IMG/VR virus record: IMGVR_UViG_3300021511_000004
Source: an uncultured virus (IMG/VR IMGVR_UViG_3300021511_000004)
Lineage: Duplodnaviria; Heunggongvirae; Uroviricota; Caudoviricetes
Reading direction: 5' to 3' (one strand)
Length of the DNA: 64,000 bases
Below, piece by piece: positions 37,302 to 46,978 of this stretch. Below the pieces are notes generated by a model, which did no database searches, was not told the DNA's origin, and saw only the letters and a list, made by a program, of their open reading frames with translations. Each line of letters starts with the position of its first letter. Within the stretch, counting starts at the first letter, position 1. The position numbers were made by a program, and so were the translations under genes.

Positions 37302-37688
37302 TTAACATTCGTGACATTTAGCTTTTATTAATATCTCATTTAAAGCTTGATGTTTTACAAAATTTTGAATTATAAGCGATTCATTTGTCTTTTCTATTAG
37401 ATCAAATGCTTTTTCTCCGCTCACATATCTATTATTTTTATCAAATATAAACGACTCCATAACATCTATTTCTTCTTTCATTTCATTTAAAATCAAAACC
37501 ATATTTGCAGCTCGCTCAGGTCTTATAGATGCTTGAAACGAAACACCAATTGTTTTTTTATCTTCGTTAACAAATAACATCATATCTTCAACAAAGAAAA
37601 CATATTCATCATCTGATGTTGAATAATCGTTATAAATAACCAGCCCATATTCTTCAGCTTTAGATCTAACTTTATCAATTATAGTCAT
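37302..37688 (-). CDS. Hypothetical protein
   Basis: 128 aa, GGAGG RBS. Confidence 0.65.
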   Translation of the reverse strand: MTIIDKVRSKAEEYGLVIYNDYSTSDDEYVFFVEDMMLFVNEDKKTIGVSFQASIRPERAANMVLILNEMKEEIDVMESFIFDKNNRYVSGEKAFDLIEKTNESLIIQNFVKHQALNEILIKAKCHEC

Positions 37689-37711
37689 AACAATTATCCT
37701 CCAGTAATAAT

Positions 37712-37726
37712 TTTATATTATGTTCC
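37712..37726 (-). promoter_or_regulatory. Putative phage promoter RGAACA-N5-TAAA
   Basis: GGAACA-TAATA-TAAA. Confidence 0.55.
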
Positions 37727-37757
37727 TAATTTAAGATATAACATCTAAGCAAAAAAA

Positions 37758-37934
37758 TTACTCCTCTTTTTTAATATGAGTGGCTCGTGGGCATAAACCC
37801 ATGAACCACTCATTTTCTGGATGAAATGAATAAAGGCATATTTTTGCTTTATCCTTTAATCGTTCTGAAACAAGATCACACCCATCACATTTATCAATAA
37901 TGGCTTCAGATTCATCCCAAGTAAATTTAAACAT
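37758..37934 (-). CDS. PxxKW-like cysteine-rich protein, 58 aa (not in ORF track)
   Basis: MFKFTWDESEAIIDKCDGCDLV...ICLYSFHPENEWFMGLCPRATHIKKEE*; TAATG coupling to the upstream paralogue. Confidence 0.7.
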   Translation of the reverse strand: MFKFTWDESEAIIDKCDGCDLVSERLKDKAKICLYSFHPENEWFMGLCPRATHIKKEE

Positions 37935-38239
37935 TACCCATATCCTCGTTTAGATGCTTTAATAGGATTTATGAATTTTTTCTCATCTTCTAGTTGGATG
38001 ATGTGAGTTGCTAATCCACAATCTCCCAATTTCCACATAACAGAAGGTTTAATATAAACAGAACATTTATCACCATCTATTCTTTTACATGGTCCTTGTG
38101 TCATCTCAACAGATTCTCTTTTGACAATAACCATCTTCTTTAAAACCTTACATTTCTCTACAATAGGTTCCCTCTCTTTAATCATTTGTTCTTTTCTTAA
38201 CTGCGCTTTTCTGTCTCCAGATGTTCCATATTTCGCCAT
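37934..38239 (-). CDS. PxxKW-family cysteine-rich protein
   Basis: EPIVEKC...C...CSVYIKPSVMWKLGDCGLATHI...INPIKASKR. Confidence 0.72.
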   Translation of the reverse strand: MAKYGTSGDRKAQLRKEQMIKEREPIVEKCKVLKKMVIVKRESVEMTQGPCKRIDGDKCSVYIKPSVMWKLGDCGLATHIIQLEDEKKFINPIKASKRGYG

Positions 38240-38250
38240 TTTTTCTCCCT

Positions 38251-39498
38251 CTATCCGTAGTAATCAGATATAATAAATAGTTTTTTACTTGCTCTTGTTA
38301 TTGCAGTATAAAGCCATCGAGCATACATTTCATCATCCCAATAACTTGATCGTTGTTCAAACACAATCACTTTTTCCCATTCAGAACCTTGTGATTTATG
38401 AACACTCATAGCATAACCATAATCAAAGAAATCAACTTGTGATAATCCTCTTTTAACAGTATATTGATATTGTTGTTTTGAATGTTTAGATTTATCAAAC
38501 ATTGTATATGTAACTTCTCCAAAACATTTATTTGAAACCATACATTCAATAAAATTAGAGTTACCCATATCAATAGTCATTCTATATAAACCCAGATTCT
38601 CAGACATTACCCATTGTAATGTTCCGATTTGTCCATTCATAATTTTGGTATTATGATTATTAGAAAGACAAACTATTCGTTCACCTGGATAAGGAATTTT
38701 CTTTTTATAAGAAAGTCTGTTTCTTATCTTCCCGTTTAAATAACATCGTGTTGTATTAAAACCACATAAAACTATAAGGTCTTCATCAAACACAACTTTA
38801 TTTTCCCATATATTTTTACATCTATCATCTCTCCAACTGAGTTTAAAAACTTCATTTGAAAAAAATTTATTATATGGTATATACCCTTCTTCTCGTACCA
38901 TTTTGGAGAGATATATAATAGGTGAGTTTAATGCTTGTCTATGAATTTCAGTAAGTTGAAAATCAGTATTAGCAAGTAAATTAAATTGATCTCCAACTGG
39001 GGGTAGTTGCCCATGATCACCAACAGCAATTATGGGAATAGAAAATTTAATAAGATCCTGCCATATTTGTTTTGAAACCATCGAAGCTTCATCAATTATA
39101 ATAAGATCATATACAAGCTCATCTACATCTCTTAATTTCCATCCTGTTATAACAAATGTTTTTAACTTGGGATCATATTTTGTTTCAGGTTTATATATCA
39201 AACCATGAATTGTTCCTATATAATCATTAATATACTTAATATTAAAAATATCAAGTTTGGAGTTTAAAACAGATGATGCTTTTCCAGTAAAGGTTACGAA
39301 GGCAACTGAAAGTTTAGAAAATTGTTTATATATCTCCTTTCTAACTTCACATAATAAAGTCGTTTTCCCAGTGCCTGCATAACCTCCAACTGTCAAAACA
39401 AATGGATCGCGGAAAAGTTTATCCTTACCATATCCGTTTTTATATAGCTTAGATATGATTTCATCTAATACTTTTCTTTGTTGCTTCGTTAGATCCAT
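38251..39498 (-). CDS. dda: SF1B helicase, Dda/RecD2-like
   Basis: GYAGTGKT, FTGKA, TIH, IIDEASM, VGDHGQLPPV, LTEIHRQ, YAMSVHKSQGSEW, YTAITRA; ATG 39498 with AGGAG RBS. Confidence 0.88.
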   Translation of the reverse strand: MDLTKQQRKVLDEIISKLYKNGYGKDKLFRDPFVLTVGGYAGTGKTTLLCEVRKEIYKQFSKLSVAFVTFTGKASSVLNSKLDIFNIKYINDYIGTIHGLIYKPETKYDPKLKTFVITGWKLRDVDELVYDLIIIDEASMVSKQIWQDLIKFSIPIIAVGDHGQLPPVGDQFNLLANTDFQLTEIHRQALNSPIIYLSKMVREEGYIPYNKFFSNEVFKLSWRDDRCKNIWENKVVFDEDLIVLCGFNTTRCYLNGKIRNRLSYKKKIPYPGERIVCLSNNHNTKIMNGQIGTLQWVMSENLGLYRMTIDMGNSNFIECMVSNKCFGEVTYTMFDKSKHSKQQYQYTVKRGLSQVDFFDYGYAMSVHKSQGSEWEKVIVFEQRSSYWDDEMYARWLYTAITRASKKLFIISDYYG

Positions 39499-40315
39499 TT
39501 TTCTTAAGTATCTCCTTTTCGTTAGAATTGTCTTGGTTGACATTTTGTTTGACATTTTTTTCGTCAATTTCATTTGTGGTTTCAGCTTCTTCACTCTTTT
39601 CATCATCATCTACAGTTGACCGGAATGATACAAATTTACCCACGGCAGTATATACTTTATTAATATAGGATTTGTCTTTATTTACATAAAGATATAAGCC
39701 TTTTGAAATGTTGCCGTTTGCTTCTTTCAGGTGGATATTAAAAACTCGTATACCCGATTTAATATTAGTATCAATATCATGTAGTTCATATTTCGATTTA
39801 AGGTTGAATTTTTTAACCCATTCCGGCATGACTTGCATTAGTCCACGGGCATTACCATATTTTGTTTTTGGTCCTACTTGCATTGGATTAAATACCGATT
39901 CAACCTGCATTATACCCATTACCAATTCAGGAGACATTTCTTGTTCATTTGATTCTTTAACTATATTAAAAGCAATTGTTTTCGCAACTGTTTTTGAAAT
40001 TTTGTTATAATTATGCGTTATATATAATTCAATGTCCCGTCTTAATAAATCATCATTATTTTTAATTCCGGCAATACGAGATTTCATTTTAGCAAGTTCG
40101 TCTTGTGATGTGGCATTTTCTACAACACATATATCTCGTTCTGTTGTTACAAATTTCAAATCTTTTGATAATGTTATTGTTTTTTGAAAGAGATGAACTG
40201 ATGATAATACCAATAAGGAAAGTATTATAATCATGCATACAGAAACTCCAATAATTGTGTTTCTTAACTGTTTCTTTTTCATCTGCTCATTTTTTACTTT
40301 TTCTTCTTTTACCAT
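39461..40315 (-). CDS. Membrane-anchored lytic transglycosylase (SLT domain)
   Basis: N-terminal TM, coiled coil, GIMQVESVFNP, ARGLMQV, NI..G. Confidence 0.85.
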   Translation of the reverse strand: MVKEEKVKNEQMKKKQLRNTIIGVSVCMIIILSLLVLSSVHLFQKTITLSKDLKFVTTERDICVVENATSQDELAKMKSRIAGIKNNDDLLRRDIELYITHNYNKISKTVAKTIAFNIVKESNEQEMSPELVMGIMQVESVFNPMQVGPKTKYGNARGLMQVMPEWVKKFNLKSKYELHDIDTNIKSGIRVFNIHLKEANGNISKGLYLYVNKDKSYINKVYTAVGKFVSFRSTVDDDEKSEEAETTNEIDEKNVKQNVNQDNSNEKEILKKNGSNEATKKSIR

Positions 40316-40370
40316 AATTTCTCCTTTTTAATAGTTAAATAATTGTTATAAAACAGTTCCCCATTTAGAT

Positions 40371-40385
40371 ATTAATATATATAGA
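40371..40385 (-). promoter_or_regulatory. Putative phage promoter TCTATATATATTAAT (copy 3)
   Basis: Identical 15-mer at the divergent strand switch. Confidence 0.6.
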
Positions 40386-40420
40386 TGGAACATATTACCA
40401 GGAATATATTTTTTAAAATA

Positions 40421-40435
40421 GGAACAAAAAATAAA
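40421..40435 (+). promoter_or_regulatory. Putative phage promoter RGAACA-N5-TAAA
   Basis: GGAACA-AAAAA-TAAA on the + strand before the first + strand gene; orientation follows gene direction. Confidence 0.55.
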
Positions 40436-40458
40436 GTTTAATATAAAGGAGAATTTCA

Positions 40459-40920
40459 ATGGCTGAAAGTGATGAAAAAAATATTAAAGATTTAATAAAT
40501 AAATTTAATAAACAACAATCTGCTTTTCTACCGAATAGTCAATTTGCAGGAGATTCAAGTCAAGGAATTGATGTTCATACTGGTATTGATAATCAAGGAA
40601 TTGTTGATAAATCTTCTCCATTACCACCTGGTATTGTTCAACCTCCAAAAGCTCATGTACCGGCTCCTACTGGTAATATATGTCCACAATGTAATATGGT
40701 TCATCCTCCATTAAAAGTTGGTGAAAAATGCCCTAATGCTGTGGTTAAATCAATGACTTCTGAAAGTGAAGAGGTAATAGTTGATGTTAATAAATATTTA
40801 GTTGCTTTACAAAATATTTTGATGAGTAAAATTGATGAGCAAAAAATTAAGGATGTTAATAAATTATTTCAGAACATAACACTTGAAATAACTAAATTTT
40901 TGGAGGGTTATAAAGAATAA
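40459..40920 (+). CDS. Hypothetical protein with Pro-rich linker and CxxC..H..C motif
   Basis: CPQCNMVHPP...CP; AAGGAG RBS. Confidence 0.7.
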   Translation: MAESDEKNIKDLINKFNKQQSAFLPNSQFAGDSSQGIDVHTGIDNQGIVDKSSPLPPGIVQPPKAHVPAPTGNICPQCNMVHPPLKVGEKCPNAVVKSMTSESEEVIVDVNKYLVALQNILMSKIDEQKIKDVNKLFQNITLEITKFLEGYKE

Positions 40921-41621
40921 TGGATTATTTACATGATGAAATAAATAAATATTTATCACAAGATTCAATAAATAATATTAATACTAATTATTCTAAAATT
41001 GTTGGGATTGAATCTAATTTGAATATATTAAATGAAAATAATAAATATGTGGGTATAATCTTATTACGAGAAAATTCACCAAAACTATTTCTTGATATGA
41101 TAGTTGAATTCAGAACAGATAAAATTAAATGGAGATCATCAAAATTTGATGGTGAAAATGGATTTTATCTCATTGACCCGTATTGGGTTAAATCCTATTC
41201 TCCAGCTCCTAAAATTAAAGTTCCTATTAAAGTTCGAGTTAATGATCAAATTGTTGTTGTAATGAGAGAATTAAATTATTCACAATTTCAACAGAGTAGA
41301 TTAAATGAATATTATTATAAAAATAAAATTCCTTATACTTTTGTAGCTGCATATAAGAACTTTTATAAAATGAATAGACCAAATCAATATTATAAAGCAA
41401 TTAATTCGACAGTTAAAAATTACTTTGTTAATCAAGATCAACTTATCAAAATTATATCAGAATTCAATCAAGAAAAAAATCGTATTAAAAGCGAATGGGA
41501 TAAATTTATGAATAATTTTGTTAATCAAAGTCAATCCGCTAAGATGATAAACGAATTATTTAAAAATAGAAAGTTTGAAAAAGAGTCTGCTAATGTCATT
41601 AAATTAAAGAATTTAAGTTAG
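40920..41621 (+). CDS. Hypothetical protein
   Basis: 233 aa, TAATG coupling. Confidence 0.65.
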   Translation: MDYLHDEINKYLSQDSINNINTNYSKIVGIESNLNILNENNKYVGIILLRENSPKLFLDMIVEFRTDKIKWRSSKFDGENGFYLIDPYWVKSYSPAPKIKVPIKVRVNDQIVVVMRELNYSQFQQSRLNEYYYKNKIPYTFVAAYKNFYKMNRPNQYYKAINSTVKNYFVNQDQLIKIISEFNQEKNRIKSEWDKFMNNFVNQSQSAKMINELFKNRKFEKESANVIKLKNLS

Positions 41622-41648
41622 TATCCATAGTAGTCTGTCGAAGAAGTC

Positions 41649-41676
41649 TTATAATATATTAATTAATATATTATAA
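41649..41676. repeat. Perfect 28-bp AT-only palindrome
   Basis: TTATAATATATTAA|TTAATATATTATAA. Confidence 0.85.
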
Positions 41677-41742
41677 TATAATATATAAACTAATAGTCTT
41701 TTAGATAAATTAAAAAAAGGAACAATAAAAATCTAGGGATGA

Positions 41743-41816
41743 GTGGATCTTTTTACTTATCATATTGGGCAAATTGCCAACTGGCGTGGCAATGCCCAAA
41801 AGGTAAAAATCTCCAC
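41743..41816 (+). ncRNA. Long multi-stem hairpin (candidate ncRNA or leader)
   Basis: Nested stems GTGGA/TCCAC, TTTTTAC/GTAAAAA, TTGGGCA/TGCCCAA, TTGCCA/TGGCAA. Confidence 0.45.
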
Positions 41817-41885
41817 AGTCAGAACAATAGTTTATATATAAGAACAAACTAATATTAGAGAAACACAATTCAAAGGAGATATAAT

Positions 41886-43826
41886 ATGTACGATAATAGA
41901 GATTCAACTAAGTGGTTTAGTCAAACCTTAATGACTCATAAAGACAAGTTATATGGTACAGAAGGTTATCTACGAATTTCAATCTCAACGAACACCGAAG
42001 ATTATAAATTCTTCAATCCACCCCTATTTAACATTTCTATAAGTAACAATTATCAAAAGAGCTATAACCTAAGCTATCATAATGCGAGTGATCTATTAAA
42101 AACTTTACAAATAGTTAAATCTCAAATGAATGGTAATAAATCAGAAATTCAAAGGAAATATCAAAAGAACATGATCTTATACATTCAATTTTTTGTTGAG
42201 AGTAATAATAATGATTCAGTTGTAGATATAAGACTACTTTCAAATGAGACAGATTTTACTAAAATTATAATACCAATTGAACAATTTTCAACAATTGCAA
42301 AATGTTTGAGATATTTTGTAGATAGTTATTTTAATATATGTACTCAACTATTAGGACAATCAATTCAATCTGAAGCTATACAAATAATTAATCAATTACC
42401 TTCATTGATTAAAGGTATATCATCTCAGATTATACCCACTAATACAATCTCAGATTCCCGCGTTCTTGAACCGGAAGCCGAAAAAGTTAATAAAACACAA
42501 GCAACAATTGAAGATCTAGAAGATTTCTTGGGTGGAGATGATATGGTAAATATTATAGTACCTGAATTAAATGAAGAAAAGAAACCATCAATTGTTGAAG
42601 TTGATAGTTTATTTGTGAAACATTTATTGAAAAATGATTTATCCAATCTTGAAGTTATGTTGAATAATCATATGATGAATCCAGATTCGATTATGACATT
42701 TGCCTTAGAGGTACAAAATAAGTTAGGACCAGAAGTAAAAGAAGATTTTACACTTTTACCAGGTATTGATGATGATGATTTAAAATCATTATTATATATA
42801 TCAAAATTATATAGCATGATAGCATATATGAATCATTTTGGAAAAGATATACCATTACCAAATAGTATGCCAATTTTTAAATATAAAGCAAAAAATATCA
42901 AACCTGAAAATATGGAAATTGCATATGATCTATTTTTATTTAACTTATATATAAGAACTGTTAGAAGTAGACTAGAAGGTAAAATTACAGATATAACTCA
43001 AAATAAAGCACTTTTTCATATTCAAATGAGATGTTTTACAGATCCATTTGTGTTTAGTTTTATTGGTAAAGAAGAAAGCAAAAATCTTCAATCTGTTATT
43101 TATAATCGTTATAAGTATTATGATCGTATTGGAGTATTTGAAACTTATAAAAGTTTATTGAAAAATATAAATTGTCCTGAGATTAAAGATTATGATATTA
43201 CATCTTCAGTTGTTGAGGCAATAGATAAAGTGATAGGTAAGAGTCCAGATATTAATAAATTACATAATCAGGCAGCGGAAAGTAATAGCTTCAGATTAGC
43301 ATCTAAGAATAATTTTAAATTAGAACAAATTATAAATGAGATTATTCCATTAGAAGTTGCTGAGAAAACAGGAAAAGATATAAATAATGAGGAAGTATTA
43401 AAAGAAATAAATCGTAATACACCAATTTCTGATGAAATTTTAAACTTTTTTGTAAAAGGAAAAACTAAAGTTAAAGTTAAAAAGGAAAGCACTTTTAGTA
43501 ATAATTTAGAAAGAGTTGTAAATTATTATTCAGATGAGATTCCTAATCAATATAAAAAAGATTTTATGAAATATGTTGGTAAATTAGATCAAGATAAATT
43601 TGATTTAAGAACAGAGGAATTTCCTCTTGATGAATTTGGGGAAAATATTGTAAAAGCTTTATATCTTTGGGATCCGAAAGACGATCCACAAATTACAAAA
43701 AGCTATAAACATTACCAATTAAAAATAAAAGCTGAATATATGGAAAAAGATTTGATAATATCAAAAATAAAGTCAGAGGAATCTGTTGAAGTTGAATCTA
43801 ATGAATGGGATTGTCTGACCGAATAA
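41886..43826 (+). CDS. Large hypothetical protein
   Basis: 646 aa, AAGGAG RBS. Confidence 0.75.
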   Translation: MYDNRDSTKWFSQTLMTHKDKLYGTEGYLRISISTNTEDYKFFNPPLFNISISNNYQKSYNLSYHNASDLLKTLQIVKSQMNGNKSEIQRKYQKNMILYIQFFVESNNNDSVVDIRLLSNETDFTKIIIPIEQFSTIAKCLRYFVDSYFNICTQLLGQSIQSEAIQIINQLPSLIKGISSQIIPTNTISDSRVLEPEAEKVNKTQATIEDLEDFLGGDDMVNIIVPELNEEKKPSIVEVDSLFVKHLLKNDLSNLEVMLNNHMMNPDSIMTFALEVQNKLGPEVKEDFTLLPGIDDDDLKSLLYISKLYSMIAYMNHFGKDIPLPNSMPIFKYKAKNIKPENMEIAYDLFLFNLYIRTVRSRLEGKITDITQNKALFHIQMRCFTDPFVFSFIGKEESKNLQSVIYNRYKYYDRIGVFETYKSLLKNINCPEIKDYDITSSVVEAIDKVIGKSPDINKLHNQAAESNSFRLASKNNFKLEQIINEIIPLEVAEKTGKDINNEEVLKEINRNTPISDEILNFFVKGKTKVKVKKESTFSNNLERVVNYYSDEIPNQYKKDFMKYVGKLDQDKFDLRTEEFPLDEFGENIVKALYLWDPKDDPQITKSYKHYQLKIKAEYMEKDLIISKIKSEESVEVESNEWDCLTE

Positions 43827-43837
43827 GGATTTTGATT

Positions 43838-44530
43838 ATGCCATTTATTAAACTAACATTATCATTTATAAAAAAAAGAACATTAGAAATTTCTAATGGT
43901 TGTGAATGTTTATCGAATGAGTATATTAATAGTCAGACTCCTTTAAAATTTAGATGTAGTAAGGGACATATATTTTATAGAACTTGGAATGTGTTTTCTT
44001 ATAATACATCTATATGTCCTAAATGTAATAAAAGATATAGACGAAATATAGAAGATGTTAGAATATTTTGTAAAAAATATAAATATGAATTATTATCAGA
44101 TATATATAAAAATACATATTCTAGAATAAAAGTTCGATGCCCAAATGGTCATATATATGAAACCAGAGCAGATATATTATTTGGTAAACATTGGTGTAAA
44201 CAATGTTATTATGATTCTATTTCAATTAACAATTCTGGAGAAAATCATTATAATTGGCAAGGTGGAAAAACATTTGAACCGTATTGTATTTCATGGACAT
44301 CAGAATATAAAGAATATATTAAAGAAAGAGATGGATATAAATGTTTAAATCCTCAATGTCAATCTAGAAATCCAAATAATATTGTAGTTCATCATATTGA
44401 TTATGATAAAAAAAATTGTAAACGAAGAAATTTAATATCTTTATGTAATTCGTGTAATGTTTCTGCTAATTATGATAGAGATTGGTATGAAGGATGGTAT
44501 AAAGCAATTATACATAATAGATACTATTGA
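43838..44530 (+). CDS. HNH endonuclease with two zinc-ribbon modules
   Basis: CSKGH...CPKC, CPNGH...CKQC, GENHYNWQGG, IKERDGYKC, VHHIDYDKKN...NLISLCNSC. Confidence 0.8.
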   Translation: MPFIKLTLSFIKKRTLEISNGCECLSNEYINSQTPLKFRCSKGHIFYRTWNVFSYNTSICPKCNKRYRRNIEDVRIFCKKYKYELLSDIYKNTYSRIKVRCPNGHIYETRADILFGKHWCKQCYYDSISINNSGENHYNWQGGKTFEPYCISWTSEYKEYIKERDGYKCLNPQCQSRNPNNIVVHHIDYDKKNCKRRNLISLCNSCNVSANYDRDWYEGWYKAIIHNRYY

Positions 44531-45163
44531 ATGGAGAAAACAATGGGATTAAAATTAGGAAAATCATTTAATCGAAATTATAATTTAAGAGTACCATTTC
44601 TCAATGGATTTTATAATATTGGCGTATACTTTAATAAGAGATCTACATTTCTTCTTTTTAGTGTTGAAGATGGAGTGAGAACTAATGAAGTAGAAGGTAT
44701 TAAAATTAACATGTTTAAGAATCTTGAATCTTCAAAGTTTTGTGAGACATTTCTCGAACTTCATAACTATAGAAAAAATACATTAGATATATTAAATCAA
44801 TTTAAATGTATCAAACCAGAGTATTATCATGAAGTCTCATTTATAATGAATGAAACTTTGAATCTTTCAAAAGTGGAAGTTGATGAAGATAAAACTTTAT
44901 TTGATTGTTTGAATATTTATGGTTTTACACTAAATTCATATCAAAATGAATTTATTTTTTTAATAACAGAGCGTCAAAATATCGTGAAAAAATTAAATCG
45001 AAAAATAGTTAGAACAAGCGGAATTCAGATTGGTACGTCACAAGCATTGCATATGTTAAATGATTACCATGAAGAAAGTAAAATGTCAGGAAGAGCGGGG
45101 TTTGAACAAACAATACCCCTTGACAGTTCAATTAGAAAAGTTATTAAATTAGATGAGGAATAA
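44531..45163 (+). CDS. Hypothetical protein
   Basis: 210-aa ORF. Confidence 0.65.
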   Translation: MEKTMGLKLGKSFNRNYNLRVPFLNGFYNIGVYFNKRSTFLLFSVEDGVRTNEVEGIKINMFKNLESSKFCETFLELHNYRKNTLDILNQFKCIKPEYYHEVSFIMNETLNLSKVEVDEDKTLFDCLNIYGFTLNSYQNEFIFLITERQNIVKKLNRKIVRTSGIQIGTSQALHMLNDYHEESKMSGRAGFEQTIPLDSSIRKVIKLDEE

Positions 45164-45167
45164 ATAA

Positions 45168-46409
45168 ATGGGAGCAAATCCACAAGGATTAGACAGGGAA
45201 CCTCGCCGTGATCTATATTTTTTCATACATAACGTATATGCCAATTTTTTCAAAGATAGTCTTGATTACTTTTCATTACATCTTTATCCCAGATTTGAAC
45301 ATCGCGTGGTAGGGACCTATGACAAAGCCGTAGAATATATTCAAAAAACATGTCAATATGATAGAGAAACTGATAAACCAATGTTACCTGCTTTAATTTT
45401 GAATCCATCAGGTGATTTTGATTTAGCAGATGGAAATGCTGGAGGAAGACAGTTATGGAGATTTCCAAATCTTTCGCCAGGAATGATTAAACGTATTTAT
45501 GATCCAGTATATCAAGATGCAAACACTCAAGTAACAGTTGGTTTTGTTAGAATGCAGGGAGATATTGAATTGCTTATGCTCCTTAATAGTTTTTATGAAT
45601 ATTGTGATATGAAGATGTTATTATTACAAATATTTGGTGGTATGGAGCGCTGGATTTATCCACAATTTTTTACTACGTTTGTTATTCTTCCTGAAGAACT
45701 TATCAATTATGAATATTCAAATCCATATACAGGTTTGAAATATAAATTAGATTGGGCATCCGCTGGAGCATATGATAAATTAGTTAAAACAACTGCAAGA
45801 AATGAATTAGTTATTCCTTGTAATATTAAACCAACTTACAAATTAACAGGGTTTAGTGATGCAAGTACTAGATATGGTGGAGCGGACGCTCTTGCTGACT
45901 GGAGACTTGGAATAACAGTTAAATATGAAATTGAAATGCCTTCTTATTTAGTTTTACAATCTGATTGGCTTGCTGAGGAAGCCTTAATTAATATACAATC
46001 AGGGTCAGCATATTCAGCATATAGTAATTATGATGTTCCTACACATATGATTCATAGAACAGCAAGTAAAGATTGGGGATTGGATGAAACATCTAGTTCT
46101 GTAATTAATATGGATGGAACAACTTATATAGATACTTCAGCAACTGAAAGGGAATATGAATATCATACAAGGTATTTTCATATTATTACACAAACAGAAG
46201 TTGATTCAACTGCTAATGTACCAATCTCAATTCCAGAACAGATAGATGATGTGGAGGGATTTATTGTAAATAGTAAATATGGAGAAATGTCTTTCGGAGA
46301 TCATTATCTTTTGACAGATAATGGTAATACATTGCTAATACGAATTGATACGGTTGAGTTGGAATTAGGTATGATAATAGAGCTTTATGTTTATAAGAGG
46401 ACAAATTAA
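45168..46409 (+). CDS. Hypothetical (possible tail completion/structural) protein
   Basis: 413 aa; LPAL.L.P and beta-rich C-terminus; function is inference. Confidence 0.6.
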   Translation: MGANPQGLDREPRRDLYFFIHNVYANFFKDSLDYFSLHLYPRFEHRVVGTYDKAVEYIQKTCQYDRETDKPMLPALILNPSGDFDLADGNAGGRQLWRFPNLSPGMIKRIYDPVYQDANTQVTVGFVRMQGDIELLMLLNSFYEYCDMKMLLLQIFGGMERWIYPQFFTTFVILPEELINYEYSNPYTGLKYKLDWASAGAYDKLVKTTARNELVIPCNIKPTYKLTGFSDASTRYGGADALADWRLGITVKYEIEMPSYLVLQSDWLAEEALINIQSGSAYSAYSNYDVPTHMIHRTASKDWGLDETSSSVINMDGTTYIDTSATEREYEYHTRYFHIITQTEVDSTANVPISIPEQIDDVEGFIVNSKYGEMSFGDHYLLTDNGNTLLIRIDTVELELGMIIELYVYKRTN

Positions 46410-46978
46410 TGAAATTATATAAAGAAATGTTAGTTGAGTCGATAATGAGTGATGAAGATAATGTTGAGGTTGTTATGAATGTTGCTGCTGGCGTTGTAAT
46501 GAAAATAGACGAAGATGATCGTAAACAAGTATTATTAATACAAAGAGCAAGTGATGATCATTGGCCGAATCATTGGGAATTTCCTCGGGGAAAATGTGAT
46601 AAACCTATTGGCGAGAGTCTTATAAAATGTGCTCAAAGAGAAATAAAAGAAGAAACAGATCTTGATGTTGAAGTACTCGCTCTTATTGATACATTTGAGT
46701 ATTTAGCAGATCAAGGAAAGAGAAAAAGCATTTGTCACAACTTTTTATGTAGAATGAAAGATCCAAATCAAAAAATTAAACTATCTAAAGAACATCAGGA
46801 TTCATGTTGGATTAGTGAGGTTGGAGAAGCTGAAATGATGGTTATGCCTGACCAGAAGAAAACTATAGAAAAAGTTCTTAATAGTGATCGTTCTATGGTT
46901 TCATATCCAGATAATAAATTTACTCAAAATAATAGAGTTGGGGAGTATTTACAATGGCTATCTCAACAAAGGAATTAG
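46409..46978 (+). CDS. NUDIX hydrolase
   Basis: WEFPRGK.....ES...CAQREIKEETDL Nudix box; LSKEH. Confidence 0.9.
   Translation: MKLYKEMLVESIMSDEDNVEVVMNVAAGVVMKIDEDDRKQVLLIQRASDDHWPNHWEFPRGKCDKPIGESLIKCAQREIKEETDLDVEVLALIDTFEYLADQGKRKSICHNFLCRMKDPNQKIKLSKEHQDSCWISEVGEAEMMVMPDQKKTIEKVLNSDRSMVSYPDNKFTQNNRVGEYLQWLSQQRN

Noticed and set aside
39499..39609. N-terminal extension of the helicase ORF
   Set aside because: It overlaps the transglycosylase gene; ATG 39498 has a proper AGGAG RBS
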